Assembly: GCA_963841735.1 (NCBI GenBank)
Contig: CAWJDT010000001.1
Coordinates: forward strand, 160,001 to 224,000
Length of the DNA stretch: 64,000 bases
From: an uncultured Actinomycetes bacterium
GTDB taxonomy: Bacteria; Actinomycetota; Thermoleophilia; RBG-16-64-13
Reading direction: 5' to 3'
A program made the position numbers and the translations under genes. A model generated the notes under the pieces. The model worked only from the letters and a program-made list of their open reading frames with translations. It was not told where the DNA came from and searched no databases. This document shows, piece by piece, positions 39,452-50,100 of the stretch; positions within the stretch are counted from its first letter, which is position 1, and each line of letters opens with the position of its first letter.

Positions 39452-40582
39452 ATGCTTCAAGCTGCTACTGCCAAGATTGGCCCCATCGCCCGCAGGATCT
39501 TCACGAACCCGCACTTCTGGACACTCGTCGCGCTGTCGGTGATGCTTCTCTTCATCTACCAAGCGTGGCCTTGGCGGGACTGGCAGTTCGCGAGTGGATT
39601 CTGGAGCCATTTCTCCTGGCTTTCGGGACTCAGCTCGTTCGTCACCAACGTGGAGCTCAAACTCAACATATTCGGCGTACTGTTCTTCGTGCCCATCATC
39701 TACGGTTCACTGACCCTCTCTTGGCCCGGTGGCATCTTCGCGTGGCTGCTCTCCCTCATCTGGTTGCTCCCTACCCTCAGCCCCTGGGGCACCAGATGGA
39801 TGGTGAGCAACTTGGTGCTGCTGCTGCTTCCCGCTTTGTTGGCAGCGATAATGGCGGGCGAAAGGCGTTGGCGAGAGAGCGAGAGACGCCACTACGCCGA
39901 GCGCGAGCAGCTCGGCCGCGTCTACGTCGCCCGACTGCTTCAGGCCCAAGAATCGGAGCGCCGTCGCATCGCCCAAGAGATACACGATCAGACGCTGCAG
40001 ACTCTCCTGGCCATTGCCAACAAGCTGGACTCTCTCGCATCCTCTGCTGCAGAAGCGCTGCAGAAGAGGGGCATCGCGTGGACGCGACAGAAGCTGATGG
40101 AGAGCATGGACGACCTGCGAAGACTGAGCGTTACGCTGAGACCCAGCATCTTGGACAACTTCGGGCTCGTCGCCGGTATCAGGTGGCTGACGGACAACTC
40201 TGTAGAGGGAAGTTGTCGCATATCTACTCGCGTCAAGGGGCGAGCTCCGGAGACCATGTCGAGCCTCGCTGAAGCCACGGCTTTTCGTGTAGTTCAGGAG
40301 GCCGTGGTCAACATACAGCGCCACTCCGCGGGCAAGACGGCCAGTGTCGCCCTGGAGTTTGCAGAAGACGAGCTACGCCTGGAGATTCAGGACGATGGCG
40401 TCGGTTTTGAACGCCCAGAGAAGCTCGCGCAGTACGCCGCGGACGGCAAACTCGGGATCATCGGCATGGAGGAGCGGGCTCTATCGTCCGGGGGCACTAT
40501 CCAGGTGCAGTCGCATCCCGGAAGAGGCACCCGCATCCGAGTCACGATACCCTATTCAGCCGCAGAACAGGCGCTACCCTAG
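39452..40582 (+). CDS. Membrane sensor histidine kinase (HisKA_3, NarX-like)
   Basis: About 4 TM segments, ERRRIAQEIHD, LRPS.LD..GL, FRVVQEAV.N..RHS, DDGVGF, G..GM.ER, GT.I. Confidence 0.92.
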   Translation: MLQAATAKIGPIARRIFTNPHFWTLVALSVMLLFIYQAWPWRDWQFASGFWSHFSWLSGLSSFVTNVELKLNIFGVLFFVPIIYGSLTLSWPGGIFAWLLSLIWLLPTLSPWGTRWMVSNLVLLLLPALLAAIMAGERRWRESERRHYAEREQLGRVYVARLLQAQESERRRIAQEIHDQTLQTLLAIANKLDSLASSAAEALQKRGIAWTRQKLMESMDDLRRLSVTLRPSILDNFGLVAGIRWLTDNSVEGSCRISTRVKGRAPETMSSLAEATAFRVVQEAVVNIQRHSAGKTASVALEFAEDELRLEIQDDGVGFERPEKLAQYAADGKLGIIGMEERALSSGGTIQVQSHPGRGTRIRVTIPYSAAEQALP

Positions 40583-41305
40583 ATCGTCCAAGGTCAATAG
40601 GCCCGACTTCAAACTCACGAACACAGCCTCAGTACGAGAGTGCACGTTCAGGCATTGGAATATCTCGACAAAGTACCCCTTCACAGTGCCCTCGCTGATG
40701 TTCATAGTGGTGCCTATCTGCTTGTTCGATAGCCCCTGGGCCGCCAGCTTGAGCACTTCCATCGTCTTGGTTGACATGGAGTGATTGGGACCACTCTGGG
40801 CGGCCTTGCCCCTACCCGGTTCCTCTACGTGCTGCAGGGCGTACTTCACCACCTCTTCTGAGATGCCGGGTGCCAGTACCAGATCACCGTCCATCAGGCT
40901 GCGTATGGTATTGATCACCTCGGGACCGTATATGGACTTCACCAGATAGCCGCTGGCGCCTGCCTGCAGGATACTGAATATCGTGTGAATGTCGGTGTGC
41001 ACTGTCAGGATAAGCACCGCGGCCTCGGGGCTTGCGTCCTTGATCCGCCTAGTGGCTTCCACACCGTTCATGACCGGCATGCTGATGTCCATGATCACAA
41101 CGTCCGGATCAAGGGTCTCAACCAGCCGGACCGCCTCCGAACCGTCACCTGCTTCGCCGACCACTTCAAGATCATGCTCTCGCTCGATCAATTCTCGCAG
41201 CGCTCGGCGCATCAGCGGATGATCATCGGCCAGCAGGATTCTGGTCTTCTGCGGTGTGGTCCTGTTCGACTCATGTTCGGTCAACGATATCTCCACCCTC
41301 GACAT
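40574..41305 (-). CDS. NarL/LuxR-family response regulator
   Basis: LLADDH, PDVVIMDISMP, GASGYLVK, GLSNKQIG...ISEGTVK; alternative TTG start at 41284. Confidence 0.92.
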   Translation of the reverse strand: MSRVEISLTEHESNRTTPQKTRILLADDHPLMRRALRELIEREHDLEVVGEAGDGSEAVRLVETLDPDVVIMDISMPVMNGVEATRRIKDASPEAAVLILTVHTDIHTIFSILQAGASGYLVKSIYGPEVINTIRSLMDGDLVLAPGISEEVVKYALQHVEEPGRGKAAQSGPNHSMSTKTMEVLKLAAQGLSNKQIGTTMNISEGTVKGYFVEIFQCLNVHSRTEAVFVSLKSGLLTLDDLG

Positions 41306-41355
41306 GTCGATAGAAGCCTCCGAAGGCAGGAAGAACAGCATACATCACAAACAAG

Positions 41356-41398
41356 GCGGCCCCGGCCGCTGCCCGCGTCGGGCAGCGGCCGGGGCCGC
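41356..41398 (-). terminator. Intrinsic terminator after the thiolase operon
   Basis: Perfect 20-bp stem GCGGCCCCGGCCGCTGCCCG / CGGGCAGCGGCCGGGGCCGC followed by CTTGTTTG on the minus strand. Confidence 0.75.
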
Positions 41399-41437
41399 TC
41401 GAAGACTTCGGCTTTAGGGCCGGTCTGACTGGCTAGA

Positions 41438-42622
41438 TCAACCTAGCTCGTTGCCGGCGATAAGCACGCTCACAGTCGCCGAGCCCGGCTCGCCACCCTG
41501 GTTGTGAGTCAAACCCAGACGCGGGTCCTTGACCTGGCGCTTGTCGGCCTTGCCTTGAAGCTGCTTGTAGACTTCGTACAACATCCGCAGCCCGGTGGCG
41601 CCGATGGGATGCCCAAAGCACTTCAGACCGCCATCGGTATTGACGGGCAGATCGCCCTCTAGACCGAACGAGCCGGCTTCGATGTCCTCTTTGACCCCGC
41701 CCCGGGGGCTGAACTGCAGGTCCTCCATGATGGTCATCTCGGTGATGGAGAAACAGTCATGCACTTCGGCGATGCTGATCTCTTTGCGCGGGTCCTTGAT
41801 TCCGGCTTCCTTGTAGGCAGCCATGCCTCCGCGATAGGTCTCCTCCACGTGCGCCAGATCGTAGACCTGGCTCATCCAGCCCTCACGCGCACTCTGACAT
41901 ATCGTGGCGGCCTTGATGTAGATGGGATCCGGCCTGAACTTCTTTGCCAGGTCGGCTCGGCAGATCACGGCCGCTGCCGCTCCGTCGCTCACGCCGCAGC
42001 AATCGTATAGACCCAGCGGGTACGCGATCATTGGAGCGTTGATAGCCTGCTCCAGCGTGATCTCCCTCTGGAAATGCGCCTTCGGATTGAGAGATCCGTT
42101 GTGATGATTCTTGACGTCGATCATCGCGAGGAGTCGCTTGCCTTCCTCGAAACTCAGACCATATTTGGCGAAGTAGCCGGTGGCCAGCATGGCAAAGCCC
42201 GCCGCCGGTGTCTGAGTGGTGATGCGGTAGCTCCAGGTAGCGACGGGCCGTGTCTGCGGAAGGCCGGAGAACCCGGTGTCCTTCAGCTTCTCAGCTCCGA
42301 CGGCCAAAACGACGTCGTACACGCCGGCGGCCACGGCGTAGGCGGCCGCTCTGATGGCTTCCGATCCGGTGGCACATTGGTTCTCCACATGTGTCACCGG
42401 GATGTAGGCGAGCTTCAGCGGGGTCGACATGATGGTGCCCGACTCGCCTGCGAAGACGCTGCCCCACCAGGCTGCCTCGATATCTTTGGGCCCGATGCCG
42501 GCGTCTTCAAACGCTTCATACGCCGCGTCGATGATCATATCTTCTAGGCTCTTGCCCCAGTTCTCACCGAACTTGACGCAGCCCATTCCAACGATGGCGA
42601 CTCTGTCTTTGATGCTATCCAC
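41438..42622 (-). CDS. SCP2-type/archaeal-type thiolase
   Basis: VENQCATGS (catalytic Cys), DGAAA, EVHDCF, GHPIGATG, HNQGG; GTG start overlapping the upstream gene. Confidence 0.9.
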   Translation of the reverse strand: MDSIKDRVAIVGMGCVKFGENWGKSLEDMIIDAAYEAFEDAGIGPKDIEAAWWGSVFAGESGTIMSTPLKLAYIPVTHVENQCATGSEAIRAAAYAVAAGVYDVVLAVGAEKLKDTGFSGLPQTRPVATWSYRITTQTPAAGFAMLATGYFAKYGLSFEEGKRLLAMIDVKNHHNGSLNPKAHFQREITLEQAINAPMIAYPLGLYDCCGVSDGAAAAVICRADLAKKFRPDPIYIKAATICQSAREGWMSQVYDLAHVEETYRGGMAAYKEAGIKDPRKEISIAEVHDCFSITEMTIMEDLQFSPRGGVKEDIEAGSFGLEGDLPVNTDGGLKCFGHPIGATGLRMLYEVYKQLQGKADKRQVKDPRLGLTHNQGGEPGSATVSVLIAGNELG

Positions 42623-44063
42623 GGCTTGTTCCCTCACATCTGACCGGCTGGCACTTCCACCAGTAGTTGTGGATGCCTCCAATGTAATAGAGTCGGCGGA
42701 ATGTCATTTCCAGTGGTAACCCTACCTCGATCGCGGCCGGGTCTCGGTCTGTCATGTCGCACATGATGCGACCACCGCCCTCGAAATCCACGAAGGTCAC
42801 CGTCACCGGCGAATCGGTGGTCTCCACGATATGGTCATGAGAGAACGAGAACACCTTCGCGGGCACATCGACGAAGTTGTACGGTTCCATCTCATCCTTG
42901 GCCTGACAATTCACGCACACGCGTTGCGGCGGGTATTGCGGAGTGCCACACTGTGTGCACTTGGTGCCCGTGAGGCGCATCTCCCACTGCACTTCGCGCC
43001 ATTGAGCTGCCGGCGAAGGTGTGCGTAGTTCCATGGCCGGCCGGGCGGGCGGCTGTATGGTGACCAGCTCCCGCCAGCGCAGGTACTTGGTGTAGCTTTG
43101 TAGATTGAGCTTGGAAGCCAAGTGCTTCTGGATGCCCCGCCGATCGGTGAACGAACCTATCCGCTCGGTGGTTTCCAGAATGACCACGTCACAGCCATTG
43201 CCATAGCTGGCCAGCAGTATCCGCTCGCCGCCGCCTTTGGCCCGCTCGAGCGCGGCCACCAGGCTCATGAGACTCATGGCACAGCCTGTATCACCGACGC
43301 CGGCGTGAAGCACGTCCTGAACCTGCGTCTTTTCGTCAAAGCCCAGCTTCTTCGCGAGCGCGCGCAGCTGGCGGATATTGGGCGAATTGAGCGCCAAGTG
43401 CGCAATGTCTCCCGCCGTCAGCCCATGCTTCTTCAGTGCTGCCGAAACACTCTGCGCCATAACGCGACCGAAGCCCTCATCCATGGAGAAACGTTCTTCG
43501 GCCGACCGCACAAACGTGTCTTTGTCCGACCGCCAGACATCTTGGATCTCGTAGTATCTGGTCTCGAACTGTTTGACCTCGGCGATCGTGTCGGTGCCAC
43601 CGATCAGCAGGGCGGCAGCCCCGTCGCCGAAGTTCATCTCGCCGGGTCCGGAAGGATAGCCTAGGCGAGTATCCGCGGCACAGACCAAGATGTTCTGGGC
43701 GGAGCCGCTCATCACGGCGTCCAGAGCCGCCCTGAGGGCGTTGGTGCCGCTCCTCAGGGAACCGGAGAAGTCCATAGTGATGGCTTCCGGAGCCAGGCCC
43801 AGGACCGCGGCGATGATGGCTGCGCTTTGCTTCTCTTTATAGGGCGCCGTGGTGGACGCGAAGTACAGTCCTCCGATGGACGCGCGATCTATGCCCTTCA
43901 GGCAGTCTCGGGCGGCAGCCACGGCCATGGTCAAGCTGTCTTCGTCGTAACTGGCGACGGCTCGCTCGCCAGGAGCGGGCGCGCTTCCCCAGGCCTGGGC
44001 TATCTCTGCCCGGCTCAGCCTGAAGAACGGTATATATGCTCCGTAGGAGGTTATTCCAGCCAT
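42615..44063 (-). CDS. HMG-CoA synthase-like domain (no catalytic Cys) fused to DUF35 Zn-ribbon/OB-fold
   Basis: GI..YGAYIP..RL, DEDSLTMA, GDGAAA, ASYG.G; GSLRSG where active enzymes have ACxG; C-terminal CTQC..PQYPP..VCVNC plus OB-fold. Confidence 0.85.
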   Translation of the reverse strand: MAGITSYGAYIPFFRLSRAEIAQAWGSAPAPGERAVASYDEDSLTMAVAAARDCLKGIDRASIGGLYFASTTAPYKEKQSAAIIAAVLGLAPEAITMDFSGSLRSGTNALRAALDAVMSGSAQNILVCAADTRLGYPSGPGEMNFGDGAAALLIGGTDTIAEVKQFETRYYEIQDVWRSDKDTFVRSAEERFSMDEGFGRVMAQSVSAALKKHGLTAGDIAHLALNSPNIRQLRALAKKLGFDEKTQVQDVLHAGVGDTGCAMSLMSLVAALERAKGGGERILLASYGNGCDVVILETTERIGSFTDRRGIQKHLASKLNLQSYTKYLRWRELVTIQPPARPAMELRTPSPAAQWREVQWEMRLTGTKCTQCGTPQYPPQRVCVNCQAKDEMEPYNFVDVPAKVFSFSHDHIVETTDSPVTVTFVDFEGGGRIMCDMTDRDPAAIEVGLPLEMTFRRLYYIGGIHNYWWKCQPVRCEGTSRG

Positions 44064-44075
44064 ATCAACTCCCAC

Positions 44076-44903
44076 TTACTTGCTCAGCACTATCTCGCCA
44101 AGATAGATGTCCTTGGAGGTCTTGGCCTCGCGGCTTGCCGCCTTGTAGCCGGGCGCCTGCACTTTGACCGTGTATTTCGTATTCTCCGCCAGACCCTCGA
44201 ACTCAAAATCGCCAAAGCCGTTGGTCTTGGCGGTCTTCGTTGCCCCGTCGCCGCTGATGACGACTTCGATTCCGGTAGCGACCTCATCAACGTCTCCGTA
44301 GATGACGGTGCCGGCCACGAACTTCTTGGGCAGATGCTGGTAGACGACCTTCTCTCCCATGGCATATTCGGGACGCAGGGGCTCGGCCCCGGCGGCTACC
44401 AGCTTGGAAACTGCGCTGGCGGGATCGTCAAGATCACCGAAGACGAGAGCACCGCTGGGGCAGGACTCCACGCAGCGGGGTTCCTTCTCGCCGGCATCCA
44501 GAAGGTGGGCGCAGAAGGTGCACTTCTGGGCCAGTTGCAGCTCTGCGTTCCACTCGATCTGGCGATAGGGGCAGAGGTTGACCAGATCCTTGTTGCCCTT
44601 GGCTTTCTCCGGATCGATCAAGACGATGCCGTCGGCGCGGCGGTAGATGGCCCCGCTCTGGTCGAGCTTGACGCAGGACGCTGAGTCGCAGTGGCTGCAG
44701 GTCGTGACGACGTGGTCCACCTTGACATGGGGATACTGACCGCGCTCGATCTCGTTTACCGTTAGCCAGTTGCCGCCACTCATCGGCTGCGGCGCCGAGT
44801 AACCGGGGTACTCGTTACCCGCGTACTCGTCCCGGCAGGTGAGGAAGCAGTTGTAGCACCCCACACATGTATTGACGTTGATTACCATTCCATACCTGGA
44901 CAC
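44076..44903 (-). CDS. bthL: Transhydroxylase beta-subunit-like Fe-S protein, copy 2
   Basis: CVGCYNCFLTCRDE, ERG.YP, CSHC..ASC, DGIVLIDPEKAKG, CPY, KCTFCAHLLD, TNGFGDFEF. Confidence 0.85.
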   Translation of the reverse strand: MSRYGMVINVNTCVGCYNCFLTCRDEYAGNEYPGYSAPQPMSGGNWLTVNEIERGQYPHVKVDHVVTTCSHCDSASCVKLDQSGAIYRRADGIVLIDPEKAKGNKDLVNLCPYRQIEWNAELQLAQKCTFCAHLLDAGEKEPRCVESCPSGALVFGDLDDPASAVSKLVAAGAEPLRPEYAMGEKVVYQHLPKKFVAGTVIYGDVDEVATGIEVVISGDGATKTAKTNGFGDFEFEGLAENTKYTVKVQAPGYKAASREAKTSKDIYLGEIVLSK

Positions 44904-44905
44904 TG

Positions 44906-47440
44906 TTATGCCTCCCACTTGCAGACTTCGACGAGATAGGACATGTTGGCCTCGCCGCAGGCGTTCTTGCTGGTCCAGCGAGACGGCGACAGCAGGTTCA
45001 CGCAACCACCTCTGTCGATGCTCTTCGAATTGCCCGGCTCCAACGGATCGTACTTGGCACCCGCCTGGTACGAATGCACCAGACCCGGACGGACTCGCTC
45101 TGTCACCAAGGCCACGCCGAGCACTCTGGCGCGGTCGTTGTACACCATGACGAGGTCGCCGTCCTTGATACCCCGAGCCTCAGCATCGCCTGGGTTCAGG
45201 CGCATGGGCCAGTAGGCGTACCCGTCCTTGATGATGCGATGCTGGCGGATGTCGTTCAGCCAGTCGATCTTGTTGTCCTGGTGGGTGTGATACGAGAACT
45301 TAGCGTGCGGGGTCATGATGATCAGCGGGTACTTGTCGACCAAGCCCTTAGTCTCGTGACCCTCAAAGAGCGGGATGTAGCGCGGCATGATGGGCCGCTC
45401 TTCGTCATCAGGGAAGTACTTCTCCAGGATGGTGCGCTTGAACTCGATCTTGCCCGACGGGGTGGCCATCTCCGCGGCCTTGTCGGTACCCGCCATCGGA
45501 TTGAAGCGGTCGGGGGTGTCCACAGGGCGACCCTCGTAGTACCACTGGTTCGAGATGGTGGGCTTGTAGTCCTCGGGCAGTGAGGGCACTACGAAGTAGC
45601 CCTTCTTCTTAAACTCTTCGTAGGTGACGTGCTTGGGCAGATCGGTGATGTTGAAGACCTTCTTGATCCAGTCCTCTTCAGAGTTGCCTTCGGTGTACTC
45701 CTGCAGGAAGCCCAAGCGTTCGGCCAACTCGCAGTAGATCTGGTAGTCGGGCTTCGATTCCCACAGGGGCTCGATGCACTTCTGCTGGTACATGAGGATG
45801 CGGTGGTTGCAGTTGACGTTGCCGTTGCCATAACCACCCGGCTGAGCCCACTCCGAGATGTCTTCGTGCTCGAAGTTGGTGCTTGCCGGCAGGATGATGT
45901 CGCCGAACTTGGTCTCGCTCTGCCAGTGGCAGTCCTGCATGACCACAAACTCCAGCTTGGGCGACTGGTACATGCGCACCCACTTGCTGGTATCGCTCAT
46001 GGTGCTGATGAACGAGCCGCCGTGACGGTGGATCATGCGGATCTCAGCACCGTTGGGGCCGGCCTCGGGATACTGCATCTTCTTGAACTGCTGCTCGGGA
46101 TACTGCACACAGAAGCCCTCACCCAGCCATTCGAGATGCCCGTCGAGGATGGCCTCCGGAAGGTTCAGGCGATACACCTTCTGAGTGACCTCGTTGCGGT
46201 CGGGGAAGGTGGGCTGCTCGGCCACCAGGCCGAAGACGTCCCAACCGCAGTCTGAGTAGCCCGCGCTCTTGAACGTCATGTCGAGCGGAGCCCCGTGCGC
46301 GGTGCCGCCCCAGATGTTGACGCCCTCCTTGCCGATGCCCATCATAGAGGCAAGGTGCACGATGAGGCTGCACCATTCGGTGGCATAGGAGTTGCGGCAG
46401 GCACCAGCGGTGCCGTACATGGAGCCGGTGGCCAGCATGGTCTTCTTGGACATCCACTGCTTGGCCACAGCTTTGATGGTATGCGCGGGGATGTCGCAGA
46501 TGGGAGCAGCCCACTCGGGGGACTTGGGCACACCGTCGGTCTTGCCGAGGATGTAGTCCTTCCATTCGTCAAAATACATGGTGCGGTTCTCGACGAACCA
46601 GTGATCGTAAGTGTCATCCTGGATCCACTGATACGCGATGGCCTCCGCCAGAGCGGCGTCGGTGCCGGGACGCGGGGCAAGCCACTTGTCGGCCATGTGA
46701 GCGGCCGTAGCGTTGCAGTAGGGATCGATGAAGATCGCGCCGATGCCCAGTTCGCGCAGCCACTCGCGCCAGATGACCGTCTCTTGGCCGCCGTAGCCAC
46801 CGGCTGACGTGTTGGGATCGACCGACCAGTAGACCACCTGCTCGGTGTTCTTCATAGCCTCAGACAGCATGTCGAAGCAGTCGCACTGGCCAAACCGCCA
46901 GTACCAGCCCCAGGTGTGCATGCTGCCCCAGTGCCAGCCTTCCCAGCTATCCGGGTTGTCCAACAGCTGGGTGTAGCCCAGGATGTTGTAGAACCGGGGC
47001 ATGGGACCCATCTTGTAGTACAGAAGACCGTAGTTGTGGTGCGAGGACACGTAGGCCGTGACCGCGGCCTTCCCATAGGCGCCTTGGATGCGCTTGATCT
47101 CGCTGGTCACCAGGTCGAGAGCCTCGTCCCAGGTGATGCGCTCGTACTCGTCCTTGCCGCGCAGCTCGGGATGCCGCTCGCCGTTGGGATCGAAGTTCTT
47201 GCGCTTCATGGGGTACTTGATGCGGTTCTCAGAGTACACGCGCGTCCGCTCAGCGATGTTGAACGTGTTGATGGTGGTCTTGCGCGGGTCGCTGAACTTC
47301 TTGCCCTTGGCTTCGATGGTCCAGTGACCACCGTCTTCTTCGGTCAGGCGCAACGGACGCATGCGAGTGATGACCCCGTCCTTGACGGTGACCTTCAGCA
47401 TGCCTCCTATGCCTGTATTAATGAATTCCTGTTCTGCCAT
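44906..47440 (-). CDS. AthL-type Mo-bisPGD oxidoreductase large subunit, copy 2 (intact)
   Basis: [52 protein letters not shown]. Confidence 0.88.
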   Translation of the reverse strand: MAEQEFINTGIGGMLKVTVKDGVITRMRPLRLTEEDGGHWTIEAKGKKFSDPRKTTINTFNIAERTRVYSENRIKYPMKRKNFDPNGERHPELRGKDEYERITWDEALDLVTSEIKRIQGAYGKAAVTAYVSSHHNYGLLYYKMGPMPRFYNILGYTQLLDNPDSWEGWHWGSMHTWGWYWRFGQCDCFDMLSEAMKNTEQVVYWSVDPNTSAGGYGGQETVIWREWLRELGIGAIFIDPYCNATAAHMADKWLAPRPGTDAALAEAIAYQWIQDDTYDHWFVENRTMYFDEWKDYILGKTDGVPKSPEWAAPICDIPAHTIKAVAKQWMSKKTMLATGSMYGTAGACRNSYATEWCSLIVHLASMMGIGKEGVNIWGGTAHGAPLDMTFKSAGYSDCGWDVFGLVAEQPTFPDRNEVTQKVYRLNLPEAILDGHLEWLGEGFCVQYPEQQFKKMQYPEAGPNGAEIRMIHRHGGSFISTMSDTSKWVRMYQSPKLEFVVMQDCHWQSETKFGDIILPASTNFEHEDISEWAQPGGYGNGNVNCNHRILMYQQKCIEPLWESKPDYQIYCELAERLGFLQEYTEGNSEEDWIKKVFNITDLPKHVTYEEFKKKGYFVVPSLPEDYKPTISNQWYYEGRPVDTPDRFNPMAGTDKAAEMATPSGKIEFKRTILEKYFPDDEERPIMPRYIPLFEGHETKGLVDKYPLIIMTPHAKFSYHTHQDNKIDWLNDIRQHRIIKDGYAYWPMRLNPGDAEARGIKDGDLVMVYNDRARVLGVALVTERVRPGLVHSYQAGAKYDPLEPGNSKSIDRGGCVNLLSPSRWTSKNACGEANMSYLVEVCKWEA

Positions 47441-47561
47441 AACCTGTTCACTCCATGACTTGACTCGTGGACGCCAATATTCTCTCAGTCGCCTCTCGCC
47501 ACCTCGTCTACGACCACCCTGGCCCAAGAAGCTTGCACGACTTCTTGCCCATTGTGCCCCC

Positions 47562-50100
47562 CTAGCCTTCCCACTTGGCCACTTCGACCAAGCACGAGTT
47601 CTGAGCCTCGCCGGGCACGTTCTTTGACACCATCTTCATGGGTGTGAGCAAGTTCACGCAGCCACCCCGGTCGGGGCTGCCGGCCTTACCTGGCTCCAGC
47701 GGGTCGTACTTGGCCCCCGCCTCGTAGGAGTGCACGGTGCCGGGCCGCATGCGCCCGGTGACGATGGCAGCGCATATGACCGTGCCGCGGTCGTTGAAGA
47801 GCTTCACAAGGTCGCCGTGCTTGATGCCACGAGCCGCCGCGTCCACCGGGTTGATGCGAACGGGCCAGTACGCATAGCCGTCGATCTTGACCCGATGCTG
47901 TGGGATGTCGTCCAGCCAGTGGCTCTTGTTGTCGTTATGGGTGTGATACGAGAACCGCGGATGCGGCGAGATCATCTGCAGCGGGTACTTCTCCACCAAC
48001 TCAGAGGTGTTGTACCCTTCCCAGCTGGGGATGTACCGGGCCATGGGAGGCCGCTCTTTGTCGTTGGGGTCGAAGGCCATGAGGGTCTGCGACACGAACT
48101 CCACCTTGCCACTAGGCGTGGCCAGATTGGGCCCATTGTGCGGCGGGTTCGGCGGATTCCTCATCTCCGAGGGCACGTCGGCATCGCGGCCTTCATAGAA
48201 CCAGCGGAAAGATACGATTGGCTCTTCATCATCTGGCCTGCACGGCACCACGAAGTAGCCCTTCTCCTTGAACTCATCGAAGGTGACGTACTTGGGCAGG
48301 TCAGACTTGTCGAAGACTATGCGGTTCCAGTCGTCGATGGTGTGGCCTTCGGTGTACTCCTGCTCGATGCCCAGCCGCTTCGCGAGCTCCGTGTATATCT
48401 CGTAGTCGGGCTTCGACTCCCACAGAGGATCTATGCACTTGTGCTGATAGATGATCACCCGGTGGTTGCTGTTGAAGTCGTTGAAGCCGTAGCCGCCGGC
48501 CGCGCCCCACTCCGAGAGGTCGGAGTGCTCGAAGTTGGTGCTGGCGGGCAGGATGACGTCGCCGAACTTGGTCTCACTCTGCCAGTGGCAGTCCTGCATC
48601 ACGACGAACTCCAGGTTGGGGTGCTGATACATCTGCACCCACTTGTTGGTCTCGCTCATGGTGCTGATGAACGAACCGCCGTGGCGGTGGATCATCTTGA
48701 TGGGGGCGCCGTTGGGCCCTTCCTCCGGACAGGTGAAACGGTGGTACTGCTGCTCGATATTCTGGCCGCAGAAGCCCTCGCCTATCCAGCTGACCGGCGG
48801 GTTCATGACGATCTCGGGCAGCAGGTGGCGATAGGTCTTCTGAGACACCGGGTTGCCCACGGGAAAGTACGACTTCTCGGCCACCGTGCCGAAAGCGTCC
48901 CAGCCGTTATCGGAGTAGCCGAACATGTGGAAGCCCATGTCCAGAGGCGAGCCCTTGCCGGTGCCGCCCCAGAAGTTGACGCCCTCCTTGCCGAAGCCCT
49001 GCATAGCCATGAGATAGATGCACAAACGGCACCACTCAGTGGCGTAGGCCTGGCGGCAGGCACCGGTGGCTCCAAAGATGCTGGCCACAGCCAACATGGT
49101 CTTCTTGGCCGCCCACTCGCGCGCCAGAGCCGTGATGGTGTGAGCCGGGACGTCACAGATAGCCTCCGCCCACTGCGGGGTCTTGGGAGTCTTGTCCTCG
49201 CCCTCACCTAGTATGTGCTTCTTCCACTCGTCAAAGCCGTAAGTACGGTTATCTATGAAGAAGTGGTCGTATGTATCCTCGGTCAACCACACATAGGCGA
49301 TAGCCTCGGCCAGCGCCGCGTCGGTGCCCGGCCTAGGCGCTATCCACTTGTCGCCCATGGTGCTCATGGTGCAGTTGTTGTGCGGGTCGATGACCACGAA
49401 CTGGATGCCCAGCTCCTTCATCCAAATGCCGCCAGATCAGGTTGTCCTGGCCGCTGTACATGTAGGAGGTGCTGTTGGGGTCCACCGACCAGAAGATGAT
49501 CTGCTCGGTGTTCTTGAGCGCATCCTGCAGGAGTTCGGACTGCTCGCAATGGCCCAAACGCCACCAGTAGCCCCAGGTATGCGTGGCCCCCCAATGCCAA
49601 CCCTCCCAGCTGTCTGGGTTGTCGAGGCACTGGCTGTAGCCCAAGATGTTGAAGAAGCGGCCCAAGGGCCCGAGTTTGTAGTGCAGGAAGCCCCAGTTGT
49701 GATGGGACGAGGTCATCGCGGTGATGGCCGCCGGGCCGTGTTCCTTACGGATACGGGTGATCTCACCGGCCACAAGGTCGAGGGCCTCATCCCACGAGAT
49801 ACGCTCATACTCGTCCTTGCCCCTAAGCTCCGGATGCCGGTCGCCGTTGGGGTCGAAATTCTTCCGTTTCATCGGGTACTGGACGCGATTGGTGTACACC
49901 CGCTGCCGCTCCGGCACCTCGTAGCTCTGGAGGGTGGTCTTGCGAGGCGGGGTGAACTTCTGTCCATGGGCTTCGATGGTCCACGAGGGAGCATCGGTAT
50001 CGTCGAAGATTATCGGGCGCATCTTCGTGATGACCCCGTCTTCGACGAAGACCCTCACCGGACCGCCTACTGTGCACTGTATTAAGACCTGCTCAGACAT
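47562..50100 (-). CDS. AthL-type Mo-bisPGD oxidoreductase large subunit, copy 3; one frameshift
   Basis: ORFs 49333..50103 and 47562..49421 join as IWRH-WMKELG after removing one base at 49424-49426; same motifs as copy 2. Confidence 0.85.

Noticed and set aside
41438-44063. Mevalonate pathway HMG-CoA synthase or a DAPG biosynthetic cluster
   Set aside because: The catalytic Cys is absent, and there is no HMG-CoA reductase or type III PKS (phlD) in the window. The context is catabolic.
11866-49426. Programmed frameshifting or phase variation in athL copies 1 and 3
   Set aside because: The breaks are single extra bases in 2-3 nt runs at non-homologous positions, with no slippery heptamer or long homopolymer. 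The same pattern occurs in unrelated genes, which points to sequencing error.
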